A DNA stretch of 64,000 bases. It comes from a virus. Taxonomy: Duplodnaviria > Caudoviricetes. The stretch covers positions 3,529 to 67,528 of the IMG/VR virus record IMGVR_UViG_3300031965_000020, one strand, 5' to 3'. Shown here piece by piece: positions 35,954 through 45,652 of the stretch (position 1 is the stretch's first letter; each line of letters begins with the position of its first letter). The position numbers and the translations under genes were made by a program. Under the pieces are notes generated by a model that saw nothing but the letters and a program-made list of their open reading frames with translations, did not search any database and was not told the DNA's origin.

Positions 35954-35983
35954 TTGACAAGAGGGAATGGGCTGAATTAGGCT
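35954..35983 (+). promoter_or_regulatory. Sigma70-type promoter for replication operon
   Basis: TTGACA-18 nt-TAGGCT upstream of 36044. Confidence 0.55.
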
Positions 35984-36043
35984 CTGGGACGTGGAGATTG
36001 CGGCTGGGCCGCAGGATGGCCGAGGGCCACGGAGGATTTTGAG

Positions 36044-36490
36044 ATGAGCGATGAGACATTCACAGCAGCCGATCTTGACCAAGCGTCGAAGTACGAGACA
36101 CTCGGACCGGCGTACTTTGCCGCACGTCGTATGGCCGAGGCGCTCATGCAGGGCGCTGAAGTCGCGCCGTTGAAGGTCGTCGCCGACAAAGTCGCTGACG
36201 ACGTTCGCGTGGCGGTGTACGACTATATTGAAGGGTCGCTGCTCAGCGATCTTGAATCAAATCTCAAGTCACATGTGCAGCAAATGGTTGATCGGACAGT
36301 GCAAGTACTGCTCACCGGTGAGGAATGGGCGCTCAAGCAGTATCCAATGGCGAAGTACCACGACGGTGAAGCAATTCGCGCGGCGGTGGCACGGCATTGT
36401 AGCGAGCCGCTAGTCGCCTTACGCATCACGGAACTGGAAAAGGAAGTCGCGCGGCTAACGGAATTGCTCAAGTGGTACAGGGATCGCTGA
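36044..36490 (+). CDS. Hypothetical helical protein
   Basis: 148 aa; GGAGG SD. Confidence 0.7.
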   Translation: MSDETFTAADLDQASKYETLGPAYFAARRMAEALMQGAEVAPLKVVADKVADDVRVAVYDYIEGSLLSDLESNLKSHVQQMVDRTVQVLLTGEEWALKQYPMAKYHDGEAIRAAVARHCSEPLVALRITELEKEVARLTELLKWYRDR

Positions 36491-37965
36491 TGGCTGACAT
36501 TGCGTATCCAGCAATCTGGTTCACCAGCGGCACCCCGCTCAAGCTCGGCCAGTCTGAGTGCAAGATGGAGCGATATCTGGGCTATCACGCCGGGCAACAC
36601 GGTACCGGCTACCGGCGGCGTGCCACAGCCATCCCGCTCGCGACCGGCGCAGGCGTCCACGACGGCATCGGGCTGATTGGCGAGTGGATTCTCGACCGGC
36701 AGGCAGCCAAGCCGAACGACCGGCTGCTAGAGGCACCAGACTCGGTCATCGCCTGGGCGGCAACCGAAGCAGCCAACAAGTACGAGCGCACGGCCCGCGA
36801 GTGCGGCCTGGAGCTGACCAAGTCGGATCTCGACGTAGCTGCGGCCATTGACCAGCTCATCCTGGAGCAACGGACGCTGATCGAGGCGCAGGTCTGGATC
36901 TATGCGCTGGCGCGATTGCCGGTCATGTTGGCGTCGGCCAAGCTGGTTGACATCGAACACGAGGAAGGGCCGGTGGTCGCGTGTACGTGCGGGCTCGGTG
37001 ACTGGGTCGGCCAGTGGACGGATCATGCCGCTCGGCAATGTCGCGGCATCTGCCCGCAGGGTCGTGCGGATGCCATCTGGGAGATGTACGCTGATTCCAC
37101 CCTCGTCTACGAAGAGATCAAGACCAAGGCCACACCGAACTACGGCTGGGAGCAGCAGTGGGAGCATTCCGGGCAGCTCTGGCTGAACATGCACGCGGCA
37201 GGACTGCGGCTCGGGCGCGAGGTGAGCCAAGCGTATGTGCCGATCTTGCTCAAGGGCAAACGCGATCGCGTGAATCGAGATGATCGCACGCAGCCGAAGA
37301 TTCAGCAGAGTCCGTTGTGTTGGCCGTGGTTCGATTCAGGTGAAGCGTCGCTGCGCGCACCGGAATGGGCCAGTCGCTATAAGTGGATCGACGACTGGGG
37401 CAAGTGGCACACATTGCCGCGAAGCTATCGACGTGTGGCGCTCTGGGACGAGGCGAACGAGTTGCCTGCTGGCAGCAATCCGAACGGCGTGGTGGTGCGC
37501 GAGGGCGCAAGTCGAGTCGAACGCTGGGTCAAGGGATGGATCGCACCAGGGCAGTACGGCGAGCTGCTGAAGACGCTCGGCCCGTTCCCGAAGCCGGCGC
37601 AGTTGATGGTCGATGCGGAGCGGGCGTTGATTGCGGAGGAGACGTGGTGGAGGGACGTTGTCGCACGATTGCGTGCGGCGGGTGTATATCAGGCGGGTGA
37701 TCAAGGTGTCGAAGATCATCCCGAGGATCCACCCCTCGCCGCCGCCGATCTCATCCCTCGTTCATGGGCGTGTACGAAATTCGCTGGCGATGCCTGCTCG
37801 TTCAAGAAGATCTGCTTCCGCGAGCCAGGCTGGGAGAATCTCGATACGCATCCTGATTTTGATATCAGGACGCCGCATCACGCGATCGAGAAGCTGGCGT
37901 TCGAGCAGGCGGGCGTCGTGTTTCCTGTTGAGGTGGGCGAGGATGAGGATGGAGGCGAGAGCTAG
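36490..37965 (+). CDS. PD-(D/E)XK / Cas4-like exonuclease
   Basis: GAGVHDG, GRADAIW...YEEIKTK catalytic motifs, C-terminal C...C.FKKIC. Confidence 0.75.
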   Translation: MADIAYPAIWFTSGTPLKLGQSECKMERYLGYHAGQHGTGYRRRATAIPLATGAGVHDGIGLIGEWILDRQAAKPNDRLLEAPDSVIAWAATEAANKYERTARECGLELTKSDLDVAAAIDQLILEQRTLIEAQVWIYALARLPVMLASAKLVDIEHEEGPVVACTCGLGDWVGQWTDHAARQCRGICPQGRADAIWEMYADSTLVYEEIKTKATPNYGWEQQWEHSGQLWLNMHAAGLRLGREVSQAYVPILLKGKRDRVNRDDRTQPKIQQSPLCWPWFDSGEASLRAPEWASRYKWIDDWGKWHTLPRSYRRVALWDEANELPAGSNPNGVVVREGASRVERWVKGWIAPGQYGELLKTLGPFPKPAQLMVDAERALIAEETWWRDVVARLRAAGVYQAGDQGVEDHPEDPPLAAADLIPRSWACTKFAGDACSFKKICFREPGWENLDTHPDFDIRTPHHAIEKLAFEQAGVVFPVEVGEDEDGGES

Positions 37966-37968
37966 CTC

Positions 37969-38184
37969 ATGTCGTACTACGCCAACTACGACGGTCTGCG
38001 CTGCGATCGCTGCCTGCGCGCAATTCGCATCGCCAATCGCGTCCACGAGGAAGATCTCTGCGTTGACTGCGAAATGACGCATTCCAATCAACGCATCATT
38101 TTTGTCTTGACATGCGGCGTGAGTCTCATGATAATCGGCGCCTTGTTGTGGGTGTTGTACTTGCTGCCGCCCACATTTGACTAG
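37969..38184 (+). CDS. Small Zn-finger membrane protein
   Basis: CDRC...CVDC plus C-terminal TM helix. Confidence 0.6.
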   Translation: MSYYANYDGLRCDRCLRAIRIANRVHEEDLCVDCEMTHSNQRIIFVLTCGVSLMIIGALLWVLYLLPPTFD

Positions 38185-38237
38185 TGGCTGAGCCACTTGC
38201 TTAGACGCTCGCAGGAGCGCGGAGGATTTTGCAAATA

Positions 38238-38696
38238 ATGGAACGTACCATCAAGTTCACGGCCGCGTACGACAAGCGACCCAAGAAGCCAAGTGATCCT
38301 GATTATGGGATTCACGGGGTTGATTTGTTGTTCTTGCTCAAAGGACCGGAAGGCACGGTGCAATTTCGCCTGTTCACGAACTGGCACCTGCCGCACGTCA
38401 CCAAGGAAAACGCTGGGCATCTTTACGATGCGATCGGAGGCGATGCGCATTGGATGGAGCGGCCGATGCCCGCAGATTTGGGCTACCACTCGCGCACACC
38501 ACGGTACGACGGGCACACGCCAATGCCAAATCCTTGTGATCATCTCGACGGTGCTGCGTGCTACTACGACGGCAGCACGTTGAACGCGGAGCCAGTCTTT
38601 GAGCGGCTGCTCACCGAAGGCGATGAGGGCGTCTGGAAGGCGCTTGAAGGGTACTACATCCAGACATTCGGGGCCAACAAGGAGCCGTCCAAATGA
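38238..38696 (+). CDS. Hypothetical phage protein
   Basis: DYGIHG...DLGYHS...CYYDGSTL; GGAGG SD. Confidence 0.7.
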   Translation: MERTIKFTAAYDKRPKKPSDPDYGIHGVDLLFLLKGPEGTVQFRLFTNWHLPHVTKENAGHLYDAIGGDAHWMERPMPADLGYHSRTPRYDGHTPMPNPCDHLDGAACYYDGSTLNAEPVFERLLTEGDEGVWKALEGYYIQTFGANKEPSK

Positions 38697-40270
38697 CGCA
38701 ACACGACCAAGCCATCGCCGCCCGTCGCGCGGCCAGCCAGGCGAACGCTGTCATGGGGATCTACGGCATCTCCGGCACTGGCAAGTCGAATCTCGCCGAT
38801 ACGGCCGCTGAGTACAACCACGACGTCTACGGCGGGTTGACCATGTGCGTCGCGGCGGATCTCGGGGGCTTCGGCACCAAGCGGTTGTCGCTCATCCGCG
38901 CGGGCATCATGCGCGTCTACGACCCGCGCAATCACATCAATCCATTCGAGACGATGGAGTTGTTGAGTCTGGGTGCGTTTCCGCTGCGGCTCACCGACCC
39001 CGAGCGCGGGTACGCCGAGCCGGATGTCCCGCTGATTCTGCCCAGGCGATTTGTCTACGAGATGTGCTGCCCAAGTGGCCATTCTGTCGGGCGCTTCGAG
39101 TCTCAGGCGGTGATGAACGCCAAGGCCGCGGCGGGCGTGCTGAGCTGTCCGACGTGCTCGCTCGTGACCAACTTGCAGAACGCCAGCAAGGTCGAGCGAT
39201 TGGTCATGCGGCACCGTATCTTCAAGAACGTGACGCTGCGGATTTTTGATTCGGGCACGGCGCTGAACGAGTGGGCATTGGCCGATCTGCAAGCGCAGTC
39301 AGCAGCGGGTTCGCTGCCTGCTAGTAGCAGCGGTGGCAGCTTGCTCGGTAGTGCGGACGCGCTGGTCAGTGGCCAGTTCAAGTTTGGCTCGTCGAGCATC
39401 AGCCAGTACGGCTTCGTCCAGAACCGAACGTATGGCTGGCTGTCGAACATCCGGAAAATCCCCGATCAGGTCTTGCCCGCGATTATGACGTTCCACGTCG
39501 AGCAGTCCAAAGGGGACGAGTCGACTGGCGGCGACATGCTCTACGGCCCGAAGATCGCCGGCAACGCCAGAACCGGTGCGATGGCTGGCTGGCTGGGCAA
39601 TCTGCTCCATGCCACGACGGAGCCGTATAGCGACACCGACCCGACGATTGTCTATCGGCTCTGGCTGACCAATCACATTGACCCGCGAGATCCGAGGAAG
39701 ATTCCATACCTCGCCAAGCATCGAGGCACACCGATTGGCATGCCGAAGTATCTGGAGGATGCCCCAGGGAAACCGCCATGGTCCGGCTTCTCGTTGGCAA
39801 ATTTCTTCGCGTTGCAGGAGAAGCAGCTCGCCGCCGAAGAAGAGGCCAACAAGTCGAAGTATCCCAACGCGCCCGGCCTCTGGACAGGTGATGAGATCTC
39901 AGCGGAGGCTGATGAGCCGGTGGCGAGCGGGTTGGTTGGTCAGTCGCGTGGCAGTGGTAGTGGTACGAGCGCAGGCGCACCAGCGGCACCAGCGGCGCCT
40001 GCGACTCCTGCTACACCCGCCACAGCCACAGGCATAGGCAGTAGGCGCTTACGGCGAGCAGGGGGAGCGGCGGGAGGGCTGGGAGCGTCCACGTCGTCGG
40101 CCCCTGAACCTGTGGCGCCTACGTCTGTGCCTGTCGCACCGGCCGTCACGCCGGCATCGCCTGCGGCAGCACCGGCAACACCGGCAGCAGTGCCAGCGCC
40201 TGCAGGTACCACCTCAGGCGTCACAGGCCGTTCGCCCCTGCGCCGCGTCGCACGGCCACCGGTCACGTAG
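38693..40270 (+). CDS. AAA_24/Sak4-like ATPase with Zn-ribbon insert and Ala/Pro tail
   Basis: GIYGISGTGKS, RIFDSGT, LYGPKIAG; CPSGH...CPTC insert. Confidence 0.75.
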   Translation: MTQHDQAIAARRAASQANAVMGIYGISGTGKSNLADTAAEYNHDVYGGLTMCVAADLGGFGTKRLSLIRAGIMRVYDPRNHINPFETMELLSLGAFPLRLTDPERGYAEPDVPLILPRRFVYEMCCPSGHSVGRFESQAVMNAKAAAGVLSCPTCSLVTNLQNASKVERLVMRHRIFKNVTLRIFDSGTALNEWALADLQAQSAAGSLPASSSGGSLLGSADALVSGQFKFGSSSISQYGFVQNRTYGWLSNIRKIPDQVLPAIMTFHVEQSKGDESTGGDMLYGPKIAGNARTGAMAGWLGNLLHATTEPYSDTDPTIVYRLWLTNHIDPRDPRKIPYLAKHRGTPIGMPKYLEDAPGKPPWSGFSLANFFALQEKQLAAEEEANKSKYPNAPGLWTGDEISAEADEPVASGLVGQSRGSGSGTSAGAPAAPAAPATPATPATATGIGSRRLRRAGGAAGGLGASTSSAPEPVAPTSVPVAPAVTPASPAAAPATPAAVPAPAGTTSGVTGRSPLRRVARPPVT

Positions 40271-40331
40271 CGTCGTTTGCCAAGGTTCGTTGAGTTCGTT
40301 GATTTCGTCCATTCATTGAGGAGAGAGCGCA

Positions 40332-41174
40332 ATGCGAGAGTTCACGCGATATGCGGTGGCAGACGCCACCACCGGTGATATCAATTCCACTGCGGCACGG
40401 CCAGAAGTCGAGGTCGAGTGGCCCGACCAGGGCGAGGAGATGCCCGATCAGGGCGGTGGCGCCCGACGATCCACACTGCCACCTGGCATCTATGACTTCA
40501 AGCTGCCCGAGTCGTTGACGACCCTCTGGCACGAGATCGAAGTCGTGGACCGGCGACAGTTCCTCGGGAGTGGCCAGCCGAACCCAACCTTCAACCAGAA
40601 GATCAAGCGCAGCCAGCTGAAGTTCGACCGGAATGCGCCGCTGGTGGTGGTCGGTGGGGCACACGATGGCCTGCCGATGACAGCGAGCTTCTCATCTGCG
40701 CCTCGCCCACGGTCGTTCAAGAAGAATGCAAGCAAGGATCCGGCAACGCCGTGGATTTCCGATCTCGCCTACCTGCTGGACATTTCGTTGGCGGACAAGT
40801 CACGGCCATCGAACCCCGAGGCGCTCAAGGCGACGATCAACAAGTATGGGGGCCAGACGATCCGGCTGGAGACGGGCCTGACCGCGCAGTGCCGTGCGGA
40901 TAAGGTGCGGTATATTCGCGTGGAGACGGTGGAAGGCACCGAGCGCGTCGAGCAGGACTTGCAGGATCCCTCCGGCAAGAAGGGCTGCGGCAAGCGGTAC
41001 AACACCAAGGACTTCAAGGATCCAGCGACCGGCAAGTTTGATCTGGAGATCGCGTGTGTCTGCGGCGACCCGTCACAGGAGGAGGTCGACGCGGGGGTGC
41101 TGCCGGCGTCGGTGATCGTTCGGGCGTTCGAGCAGGTGGAACGGTTCTTGCCGCCGTTGGGGGCGAGTAAGTAG
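40332..41174 (+). CDS. Putative single-stranded DNA-binding protein
   Basis: TLPPGIYDF N-terminal strand; third gene of exonuclease-ATPase module. Confidence 0.55.
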   Translation: MREFTRYAVADATTGDINSTAARPEVEVEWPDQGEEMPDQGGGARRSTLPPGIYDFKLPESLTTLWHEIEVVDRRQFLGSGQPNPTFNQKIKRSQLKFDRNAPLVVVGGAHDGLPMTASFSSAPRPRSFKKNASKDPATPWISDLAYLLDISLADKSRPSNPEALKATINKYGGQTIRLETGLTAQCRADKVRYIRVETVEGTERVEQDLQDPSGKKGCGKRYNTKDFKDPATGKFDLEIACVCGDPSQEEVDAGVLPASVIVRAFEQVERFLPPLGASK

Positions 41175-41180
41175 TTCATC

Positions 41181-41384
41181 ATGGCGAAGATGAAGCGCAC
41201 ACGTACCAAGTCCAAGCGCAAGCCACAGGATCTCACACAGTACTCGCTGCGTGGGCTACGTCGCCGATTGCTTCGTTGTGAGGAACGCTTGGACATGCTG
41301 GAGTCGGCGATTGCGGTGTCGCCGCTCTGGGAAGCACTCCGGAAGACTTGGTGCGCGGAAGTAGAGAAGCCGCAGAAGAAGTAG
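41181..41384 (+). CDS. Small basic coiled-coil protein
   Basis: 67 aa. Confidence 0.6.
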   Translation: MAKMKRTRTKSKRKPQDLTQYSLRGLRRRLLRCEERLDMLESAIAVSPLWEALRKTWCAEVEKPQKK

Positions 41385-41551
41385 CGAGCTGTTCGATGAG
41401 CGAGCCAGCCGTCCAGACGTGGTGCGGTGGTACGCACGGTAGCCTGTCTCCACGAAGGTGAGTTCGCGATGCCATCAAGATCGCCAGCCGCAAGGCGAAC
41501 GGCTTCCACGTTGGGCGGCACTTTCACACGAGATGAGGAGCAATAGCAAAA

Positions 41552-41815
41552 ATGGACCTGACATCGTTTGAAACAGCCTATAAGGGCTATTGCACGCGGG
41601 TGCTAGGGCCAGAGCTAAACGGTGAAGCGCAGGCAGCGTTTGTCGCGGGCGGCATTGCGATGCTGCGTGTGCTCGCTAAAGTCCGTAATGCTACAAATGA
41701 CATGGCGGCACTGGACGCAGCTGCTCGACGCGCCAGAGAAAGTGCTGAAGTGCTACTGGAACAAATCCGCCGCGACAATGCCTTGTCAGAGGCACCATCT
41801 TTTCGGCATAGCTAG
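41552..41815 (+). CDS. Hypothetical protein
   Basis: 87 aa; GAGGAG SD; AFVAGGIAML motif. Confidence 0.65.
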   Translation: MDLTSFETAYKGYCTRVLGPELNGEAQAAFVAGGIAMLRVLAKVRNATNDMAALDAAARRARESAEVLLEQIRRDNALSEAPSFRHS

Positions 41816-41827
41816 GAGATAGATTCA

Positions 41828-42289
41828 ATGGCACGACGCAAGCAGAAATCGACGATGGCGCTGCTCATGGATATTTTCATGGACGCGCCGTTGGTAGCAG
41901 CCGAGGCTGCGCTGGAACTGGCGCAGGAGTTGGTCGCTCGACGGCAGGTGAGCGAGGCTGAACCGTCTGCCAAGCCTGCGCGCCAGCGACGACAAGTGGC
42001 AGCGCCGCCTGCTATGCCTGTGGTGGCGGAGCCTGCGTCTACGGTAGCTGCAACAGCCACGCCTGCGCCCAAGCCGGTCGGCGTGCGGCGGCGTATCGTA
42101 GCAGGGCCTGCAGCAGTCGGGGCCACGACGCTCGTTGCGCCGCGCAAGCGTGGTCGGCCGTTTGGCAAGAAGGTGGCGGCTGAGCCGCAGGCCGTGCCAG
42201 CCGAGGTGCCTGTCGTGCAAATGACACCTACGCTGCGCGACCTCCCCGACCAAGTCACCCCGGACGACTACGACGTCGTAGAAGGCTAG
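41828..42289 (+). CDS. Ala/Pro-rich protein with AT-hook-like RKRGRP
   Basis: 153 aa; AGGAG SD. Confidence 0.65.
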   Translation: MARRKQKSTMALLMDIFMDAPLVAAEAALELAQELVARRQVSEAEPSAKPARQRRQVAAPPAMPVVAEPASTVAATATPAPKPVGVRRRIVAGPAAVGATTLVAPRKRGRPFGKKVAAEPQAVPAEVPVVQMTPTLRDLPDQVTPDDYDVVEG

Positions 42290-42296
42290 GCACAGC

Positions 42297-42746
42297 ATGG
42301 GCATGGACCGTAACAAGCAGGCCGTCAGCGAGTTCGAGCGGCGTCAGGCGATGAAGAAGGCCAGAGAACAATTCATGCAGGCTGTGCAGGCCGGCCAAGC
42401 GGCGTTGTTTGACGCCGTCGGTCATCGCCTCGCGCCGGGCCAGTTAGTGATTTTCACGCCGCCGCCGAACGTCTGGCGCTGGCTGATTGCCGATGTCGTC
42501 CCGGTCGTGGACCCGAACGTCCCACCTGGTGTCATGCGTGTGATGCTGAAGCTGGACGTGCCGCTGAACGTGCAGGCGGGGCAGCAGATCAGCAATATGC
42601 TGGTGGTGGGGGAGCAGGAGCAGGAGCAGGCGCAGCTCGAGCCCGAGCCTGCAGTCGACGAGACGGCAATGCCACCGGTCGTTGACGGGCCGTTTGCCGA
42701 ACCACCTGCACCATCGCCTGACGCCACAGGACATAGCGATGACTGA
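42297..42746 (+). CDS. Hypothetical protein
   Basis: 149 aa; FDAVGHRLAPGQLV. Confidence 0.65.
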   Translation: MGMDRNKQAVSEFERRQAMKKAREQFMQAVQAGQAALFDAVGHRLAPGQLVIFTPPPNVWRWLIADVVPVVDPNVPPGVMRVMLKLDVPLNVQAGQQISNMLVVGEQEQEQAQLEPEPAVDETAMPPVVDGPFAEPPAPSPDATGHSDD

Positions 42747-43074
42747 GACAGTACCAGTACCACCAGCCGACGAGCCGTCGAACTTCGTCAACAAGACACG
42801 ACCGGGGCGAACGTTGGCGTGGATTGCACGCGTCGAGACACGCGAGCGGGGGTTTATTTTCGCCAGGACAGCTGAGGCCGCGGCTGAGGAACTATTCATC
42901 CACATCTCCTCGATGTCGAGTCCCTTGTGGGCAGAGTTGGCGACAGGCGATGTCATCTCGTGCAAGGTGACCGACGGACCTAAAGGTCCGAGAGGATTCG
43001 CCGTACAGCGGGTCGTGGATGCAGACGTGATCGCCCAAGTAAAGGCGAAGGAGGAAGATTATGGGAATCGTTAA
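42739..43074 (+). CDS. Cold-shock domain (OB-fold) protein
   Basis: RGFIFA...ELFIHISSM...GDVISCKVTDGPKGPRGFAV, RNP1/RNP2-like motifs. Confidence 0.8.
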   Translation: MTETVPVPPADEPSNFVNKTRPGRTLAWIARVETRERGFIFARTAEAAAEELFIHISSMSSPLWAELATGDVISCKVTDGPKGPRGFAVQRVVDADVIAQVKAKEEDYGNR

Positions 43075-43291
43075 CAGCAATGGGTACGAGAGCCGTGACA
43101 AGGGGATGGTCTATTTCCCAGACAAGCCGCTGCCGATGCGCGTGCTGAACGCGTTGCTGGCCGATCTGCCAGATACCGCCGCAGAAGCAATGCTCGGTGA
43201 ATTGCCGTGTGGCGTGAAGCCGAGGAACGCGAAGCATACGGCAGGTCCGGCGGAGTCGCAGGTGTACTTCGAGGATCGCGACGATTATTAG
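43061..43291 (+). CDS. Hypothetical protein
   Basis: 76 aa; GGAGG SD. Confidence 0.6.
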   Translation: MGIVNSNGYESRDKGMVYFPDKPLPMRVLNALLADLPDTAAEAMLGELPCGVKPRNAKHTAGPAESQVYFEDRDDY

Positions 43292-43335
43292 CGAGTGAGA
43301 TGATGACAGCCGATGGGCTGCGGAGGAATTAGACC

Positions 43336-44805
43336 ATGTGGGAACCAACTGATCCTGATCTTGACGAGACGCCGACGATCGAAGAGGCCGAGCCGTTTAT
43401 CCTTGACCCCCTCCAGCAGCAGGCCATCGCCGACTGCCGTGAGCATCTGTACACGAATATCAGCGGCACGGCTGGCGTAGGCAAGACCTTCGTCGCCAGA
43501 GAGATCGCCCAGTCGCCGGGCACGGTCCTCGCAGCCACGACCGGCATCGCCAGCGTCAACCTCGGCGAAGGCACCACGATCAACGCGCTGCTTCGCTACT
43601 TCAACACACAATCGCTGAAGGAAGCCTACACAGCAGGTTATCTCCAAGCGACCATTCGCAGGCTGCGGCGAGCAGGAACGACTCGCATTCTTATCGATGA
43701 GAAGTCAATGATGGCTGGCGAGCAGCTGACGTATATCACGCGAGCCGTGCGTGAAGTGAACGAGGGCGGGGTGTACGCGCTGGAGTCGGTGGGTATTGGC
43801 GAGAACGAGGATGACCCGAATCCGTTGCCCGAGCGCGACAGCGATTTACCACCAGTGGGGATTACGTTGGTGGGAGACTTCGGCCAACTGCCGCCCGTGC
43901 CTGATGCAGATCCACGAACAGGCAAGAAACTCCCTGTGCAGTACTGCTTCGACTCGCCTGAATGGCCAGCCTACGCCGAGCACACGACGCGACTGGAGAA
44001 GATCTACCGCCAGGACGCCAAGGCGTTCGTCGCGGCGCTGCATGCCGTACGACGCGCGGACGTGAAAACGGCGCTGGATTTCTTCACGGCTGATCGGTTC
44101 AGCTCGTCGATGGCTGATGCATTCGTGGGCTCGACCATCTTCGCCAAGAACGATGCCGTGGATCGCCATAACTTGTTGATGCTGGACAAGTTAGCTGGTG
44201 CGCCGATGGTGAGTCGATCCGTTCGCCAAGGCAAGCAGCGAGGCGACTGGAAGCTGGTGCCAGATGAGCTGCGGCTGAAGGAAGGCGCGTTGGTAATGAT
44301 CCTGGCGAACCGTCGCGTCTATGCGGATGACGAGGACGAGCGCGGCACGATGGTGTATGCCAATGGCGATCTCGGCGAGCTAGTTGGAAAGTCAGGCGCT
44401 GCGTGGTTGGTGAAGCTACAACGTACCGGTACCGTCGTGTCAGTCGTCCTCGTCAGACGCGAGAACACGATTCCGCTTGAAGTCGGCCGTCGCAAGCAGA
44501 TGAAGGAGCAGGGGCTGTCCGTCGAGGAGCGGATCACTGAGCGCGGCAAGGGCAAGAGCGAGATCATCGGGACGATTACGTATATGCCCTTGCGGGCGGC
44601 GTACGGCTGCACGGTGCATAAGACCCAAGGACTTTCGTTGACGAGCGTGCAGGTCAACATTCGAGACCCCTTCTTTCGGCAGCCAGGAATGTTATTTGTC
44701 GCACTATCGCGCTGCACAACAGCGGAAGGCTTGCGCATCGTTGGAGATCAGGCAGGTTTTGTCGAACGCTGCAAAATTGAACCACGAGTACAAAAATGGC
44801 TTTAG
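43336..44805 (+). CDS. RecD/Pif1-like SF1B helicase
   Basis: SGTAGVGKT, LIDEKSM, VGDFGQLPPV, IYRQ, CTVHKTQG, VALSRC. Confidence 0.92.
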   Translation: MWEPTDPDLDETPTIEEAEPFILDPLQQQAIADCREHLYTNISGTAGVGKTFVAREIAQSPGTVLAATTGIASVNLGEGTTINALLRYFNTQSLKEAYTAGYLQATIRRLRRAGTTRILIDEKSMMAGEQLTYITRAVREVNEGGVYALESVGIGENEDDPNPLPERDSDLPPVGITLVGDFGQLPPVPDADPRTGKKLPVQYCFDSPEWPAYAEHTTRLEKIYRQDAKAFVAALHAVRRADVKTALDFFTADRFSSSMADAFVGSTIFAKNDAVDRHNLLMLDKLAGAPMVSRSVRQGKQRGDWKLVPDELRLKEGALVMILANRRVYADDEDERGTMVYANGDLGELVGKSGAAWLVKLQRTGTVVSVVLVRRENTIPLEVGRRKQMKEQGLSVEERITERGKGKSEIIGTITYMPLRAAYGCTVHKTQGLSLTSVQVNIRDPFFRQPGMLFVALSRCTTAEGLRIVGDQAGFVERCKIEPRVQKWL

Positions 44806-45014
44806 GTCGCTTTCTCACATTCCCCGAAGCACAGAAGTTCATCGCGAACATCGAGCCGAATGAACACGGTGGTGATCGATGATCTAGCACGCTGAAATAG
44901 TTGATCGACAGGTGTACGTACAGCGGCACAAGCCGCCATCAGCCAAGTAACGGCCGTAGCTATGCAAATGATCACCATCGAACGTAAGGCGACAGCCGAG
45001 ACGGCCTTGTTCAT
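44802..45014 (-). CDS. Possible antisense lipoprotein
   Basis: Hydrophobic stretch ending WLMAAC; fills an otherwise empty gap; no clear SD. Confidence 0.3.
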   Translation of the reverse strand: MNKAVSAVALRSMVIICIATAVTWLMAACAAVRTPVDQLFQRARSSITTVFIRLDVRDELLCFGECEKAT

Positions 45015-45243
45015 GTCGCGCTGGCGCTTCTGGTACGACGACCGCGATCATCGCTTGGTGTTGGACTTCTGGGCGCAGTACTCGCGACCGACGAAGTGGC
45101 ACAAGTGGCGCGTGGAGCAGAAATATCACCGGCTGACACATCGACGATCGACGCTACAGGCACCACCCTCACTCGACGAGACGGTGATATTGGAAGCGCG
45201 ACGTCGCTTCTGTCAGACGTTGCGAATAGTCGCAGAATTTTAG
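44962..45243 (+). CDS. Hypothetical Trp/Arg-rich protein
   Basis: 93 aa; start uncertain. Confidence 0.55.
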   Translation: MQMITIERKATAETALFMSRWRFWYDDRDHRLVLDFWAQYSRPTKWHKWRVEQKYHRLTHRRSTLQAPPSLDETVILEARRRFCQTLRIVAEF

Positions 45244-45256
45244 ATGCGCATTCATC

Positions 45257-45631
45257 ATGTCAATAGACAATTCAGTCGCGCCGACGATTCAGATGGCGAT
45301 CACTCTCCTCCGGACTTATGCAGTCGGTGAGACGATCGTCGAGCGGTTCACTAATGTCATCAAGCCCGAGCACCTGCGCGAGGGCTGCTGGATGACGACC
45401 AAGGACGATGAACAGTTCCGTGCGGCGGTCGGCGCGGTCATGGTGAGCTATGGCGTCGGCACGCCGGAGTTCGAACAGCTCCAGAACGAGATGAAACTCA
45501 TCAATCAGTTCTCGGCCTTCATTCAAGCGGCGATGACCGGGCTAAACGTGGAGCCACCGGTCGCGGATCCAACACACAAGCCGCTTGGTTTGTTGGGCAT
45601 CTGGGCGCAGTCAGTCACGCAGCGTCAATAA
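45257..45631 (+). CDS. Hypothetical protein
   Basis: 124 aa; coding codon bias. Confidence 0.65.
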   Translation: MSIDNSVAPTIQMAITLLRTYAVGETIVERFTNVIKPEHLREGCWMTTKDDEQFRAAVGAVMVSYGVGTPEFEQLQNEMKLINQFSAFIQAAMTGLNVEPPVADPTHKPLGLLGIWAQSVTQRQ

Positions 45632-45652
45632 CACAGCAAGGAGTCAAGCATC

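Noticed and set aside
36490-37965. CRISPR-associated Cas4
   Set aside because: No cas1/cas2 or array; the context (ATPase, SSB) indicates a phage recombination exonuclease
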